Below, in pieces: positions 37,659 to 40,709 of a DNA stretch of 40,709 nt; the first letter of the stretch is position 1, and each line of letters begins with the position of its first letter. The stretch is from Nemertoderma westbladi. Taxonomy: Eukaryota > Animalia > Xenacoelomorpha. A program made the position numbers and the translations under genes. The notes beneath the pieces are model-generated. The model saw only the letters and a list, made by a program, of their open reading frames with translations, had not been told where the DNA came from and made no database searches. The DNA is taken from positions 1 to 40,709 of the forward strand of contig JAUCBJ010002127.1 in assembly GCA_032718475.1 (NCBI GenBank), in the 5' to 3' direction.

Positions 37659-38841
37659 CCGCAAAAATGCGGGCAATAAAGACTTGAATGTCAAAGAAAA
37701 ACAACAAAGTAATTATCCAATCAATCTTCCGAAAATGTGAATAATATTATATTTTATCCAATCAACGATCTGATTTAGTAATTATTAATAACATTAGTAT
37801 TTATAATCAATTTAATTATTATGTTTATTTATGGTTTAATTATATAATTTCGTAATTATTAATTATTTTAGCATTAAAATGTGTAGTAAACGTATATTTT
37901 GCTCCAGTAGGTAGTTTAATCCACTTTCTGGTTGAATTATTTGATTAACTTTTTGAATATCATATTCACTCAAGTATAGCTAGTCTATTCAATAGTACAT
38001 TATTCAATTAGACATAGGTGCAAAATTTACCTCAAATTTGTTATAACTTTGATACTTTAAAAACTAGTAATTCACAAGTGAATATTATATGAAAACAACA
38101 TCTTTTACAAAATTAAAAAAAAAACAAAAAAAACATCGGTTGAAGCCGGAGGCGACCCAAAGGCTCCTCTTTCGATAGCTGCTACCCGAGGGTAGGGGTG
38201 GGAGCTACTCATATCGTTAGTGATTTAACTGGAACTCATTATACCACCCTAGTGTATGAAAGGCGGAGTGGATCCTGGTGGGACTAAACCTACAACCAGT
38301 GGATTACAGGTCCGGCACTCAACCAACTGTGCTACCCCGCTTGTCTGAAACAAAAACAAATACAATATAAACAATATTATAAACACTAAATTAAAAAAAA
38401 TTATTTCTTTTTGTAAAAGATTTTATCTTCTTTAAAAGATCCACTTTTGAAATATAAGTTTAAATAACAAAATTAATCAAATGCAAGGTAAAGCTTGCAC
38501 CAATGTCTAATTAAATAATGCCATCTATATATTAGCTGTACTTTGTGAGTGAATATGATATTCTAGAGATTAATTGAACCAAAAAGTCGACTAAACTGGC
38601 TACTGGAGCAAAATATATGTTTACTAAAACATTTTAATGATAAATGTATTGTAACACCAACGTAATTACTGATCTTGTAATTATAAATAATGCGAAATTA
38701 ACAGAAAAAATTTATGGATCGTTGATTGGATAAATTAATTGTTATTAATTATTAATTTTAATTACTTAATTAACTTTATTGTCACTTTAATACTTTTACT
38801 TAATGCGGACATTAAAGTCTTTATTGTCCGCACTTTTGCGG
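37659..38841. mobile_element. AT-rich foldback/TIR element with long imperfect inverted arms
   Basis: 37659-37692 vs 38808-38841 (31/34 inverted match) and 37753-37770 vs 38717-38734 (18/18). Confidence 0.65.
38134..38340 (-). mobile_element. tRNA-derived SINE
   Basis: Minus strand: GCGGGGTAGCACAGTTGG (A box), GGTTTAGTCCC (degenerate B box), then ACTCCGCCTTTCAT...GGT...ATAATGAGTTCCAG, resembling a Deu/Nin-type SINE central domain; T-rich tail. Confidence 0.75.
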
Positions 38842-38963
38842 TTTATGAAGGGAATATTGTAAATAAATAGTTTTATTATTTCAACATTTTCCATTTTAAT
38901 TGGATCCGTATTGTATTTTGCATCCGTTATCTATGTCCGGTATCCAAACATTTATTTCTTCCA

Positions 38964-40708
38964 TTACGCGCGATGTATGGAAGAGCGTTGCGTGGAACTG
39001 CGACGACCGTGCCTTCTATCAGATTCGTGTTCGAATATTTCTTCGTAGTTATCGATGAGAAACTTTACGCAATCGGTGCCAACATTTCCTTTATAATCTT
39101 CTGGGTTTTTTAAATACTTATCGGCGTCTATCGTGGGACGGAGCAAATTTGCGGCGAAACAATTTGCGAGATTAATAGACGTCATTCTATTTGTTTCGCA
39201 CTTTGCCACTGTCAACACATGTTTCATGAGCATCTTGAGCGCCTTTAATTTTTTGTCAGGCAGCTCGTTGACCAGTCGACGTAAATCATTTATACGAGCC
39301 ATACCTTCCAGATGTGTTGTTTTCATAAACTCTTCGTAGGGCAATAAGGGTTCGCTTAGGTTGGACAGGTAAAATTTCAAAGCACCGCTTATGTCTACGC
39401 TGGGTGTCAACTTCTCCTCCCAATTATATTTGTGGTATTTGTCAGCGTCCATGCATTTGTATAACAATTCAGTGACATCGAATGTATTAGCCACCTCCCT
39501 GTAGATACCATCACACGTAATATCTATCGCAGCTATACATTTTTTCATAAATTGCAGCCCATCATCGTCCAGAAAACACTTATTTTTCAATTCTGCTCTA
39601 ATAAGAACTAATTCTTTCCTTACCCCTTGTTTGCCATTCATTGCATCTATCCAAGCCCTCCTCTCTCGACTACTCGGTGCTTGCAGCGTTACTACTTTTC
39701 CAGTTGTGGAAGTTATTTCGAAACAGAATCGTCTATTATTGATGTCTTCTGACTCTTTTCCAATACACGAGTTAACAACCAGGCTATCCTCTATCTTGTT
39801 ATCAGGCTGCATCTTCAATAATCTAGTGCCCTTGTGATATGTACAATACGTTCTCACCATGCCTCTTTGAATAATATAAAGATAACCCTTCTTTTTCTGC
39901 TTCATTGTGCTGTCTTCTAATAACTTTTCCATTAGATGTGACTCCACCAAGTTTTTCTCTTTGGCTAAGTCATAACAATTGTGGGTCGTTTTAATCTTAG
40001 TAAACAGTTCGTTGAGGTATGGTATATTCATGGGAAAATTTGTTGATTCTTGATTGCAAAAGTTTTGAAAAGTGGAGATAATGTCGTCGTCGATCTGTTC
40101 AACCAATTCATATTCTATGGTTCGTTCAGCTTTCGCCAATTGTAATATATAACTCAATTTAATTTTGTAGAACTCTTCCCTGTCCTTTTCCATATTCCTG
40201 TCCACATCCTCCAACTTCTTTTCGTCGACATCAGTCTTTTTGAGGTAATCTTTATGTGCCTCTTCGAACTTCTTAGCACGTGTATTGTAATCTTTCCGAG
40301 ATACTTCCTCTCTCTCCCATGTGGTTTTAAAAGATTCCAAACAGGCTTCTAATAATTTTAAGGACACTTCGAACCCATAATCGGCATGGTTTGTTAGAAT
40401 CCCCAACATACAACCTAATTCAGACAGGATTCCCCTTATGGACAGCTCTCCTTCGAGTTTTTCATTACCTTCCTCTGGGTGATCTTTTTGTGTGGTTATG
40501 GTAATCCTTTGTTTATGGTTTTTTACATTATATATTTTTTGGAGTCTGTCGCGATTGTCTTTTGTATTCTCTTTCAATTTTATCAGCTCAATTATTGCAT
40601 CCTTTAACATGGTCTTTATCTTTTTTTAGAGTCATCTAGATTATTTTGCCGAACTACTAACCTAGCAATAAACTTTGGCCTACATTCGATAAAGGCCTTG
40701 ACCTTCAT
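38964..40708 (-). CDS. Intronless, diverged GRAF/oligophrenin-family BAR-PH-RhoGAP (no SH3); 1-nt frameshift near the N-terminus
   Basis: Helical BAR region; PH KKGYLY...RRFCFEI...TLQAPS..ERRAWI.AM; GAP GIYR (Arg finger), ISGALKFYL.NL.EPL, NRMTSINLANCFAANLLRP. An upstream ATG at 40708 gives a GRAF-like N-terminus that is out of frame by one base at the A7 run (40621-40627). Confidence 0.85.
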
Positions 40709-40709
40709 A

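Noticed and set aside
38265-38340. Functional tRNA gene
   Set aside because: The B box is degenerate, the acceptor and anticodon stems pair poorly, and the sequence continues into a SINE body.
26951-40708. Kinesin + satellite + RhoGAP as a meiotic-drive or cytokinesis module (by analogy to maize Kindr or t-haplotype distorters)
   Set aside because: Only adjacency supports it; there is no sequence evidence of a functional link.

Overview
This is eukaryotic (most likely invertebrate animal) genomic DNA with three host genes and many mobile elements. (1) A minus-strand, spliced gene for a ~643-aa Gly/Tyr- and RS-rich protein with three matrin/U1-type zinc fingers (5305-7579). (2) A plus-strand, 3-exon KIF14-like kinesin-3 gene (26951-34761) with no visible FHA/tail. 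Its second intron is almost entirely a ~4.8-kb array of a 23-bp unit that is a copy of the gene's own exon-2/5' splice-donor junction. (3) A minus-strand, intronless, diverged GRAF/oligophrenin-type BAR-PH-RhoGAP (38964-40708). Between the first two genes lies a ~15.3-kb decayed BEL/Pao LTR retrotransposon on the minus strand. It has a ~2.2-kb putative 3' LTR, a 140-bp 5' LTR remnant, and an extra non-Env ORF3 (~590 aa, Zn-finger-like motif, Arg-rich tail). The strongest candidate for an undescribed system is in this element. At least seven copies of one stem-loop (sense RNA CCARACC-YGYG-GGUYUGG, usually on a longer stem) are spread along its genome, including inside gag, pol and ORF3, and show RNA-type covariation. 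Together with ORF3 this suggests a dispersed RNA-signal/accessory-protein module. Also present: four RTE-like LINE fragments, a tRNA-derived SINE, MITE/foldback elements, a 315-bp tandem repeat with CTCF-like motifs, and promoter-proximal tracts rich in TA-CTG-TA-type motifs that resemble transposon excision footprints. All calls are by eye; no database searches were run.
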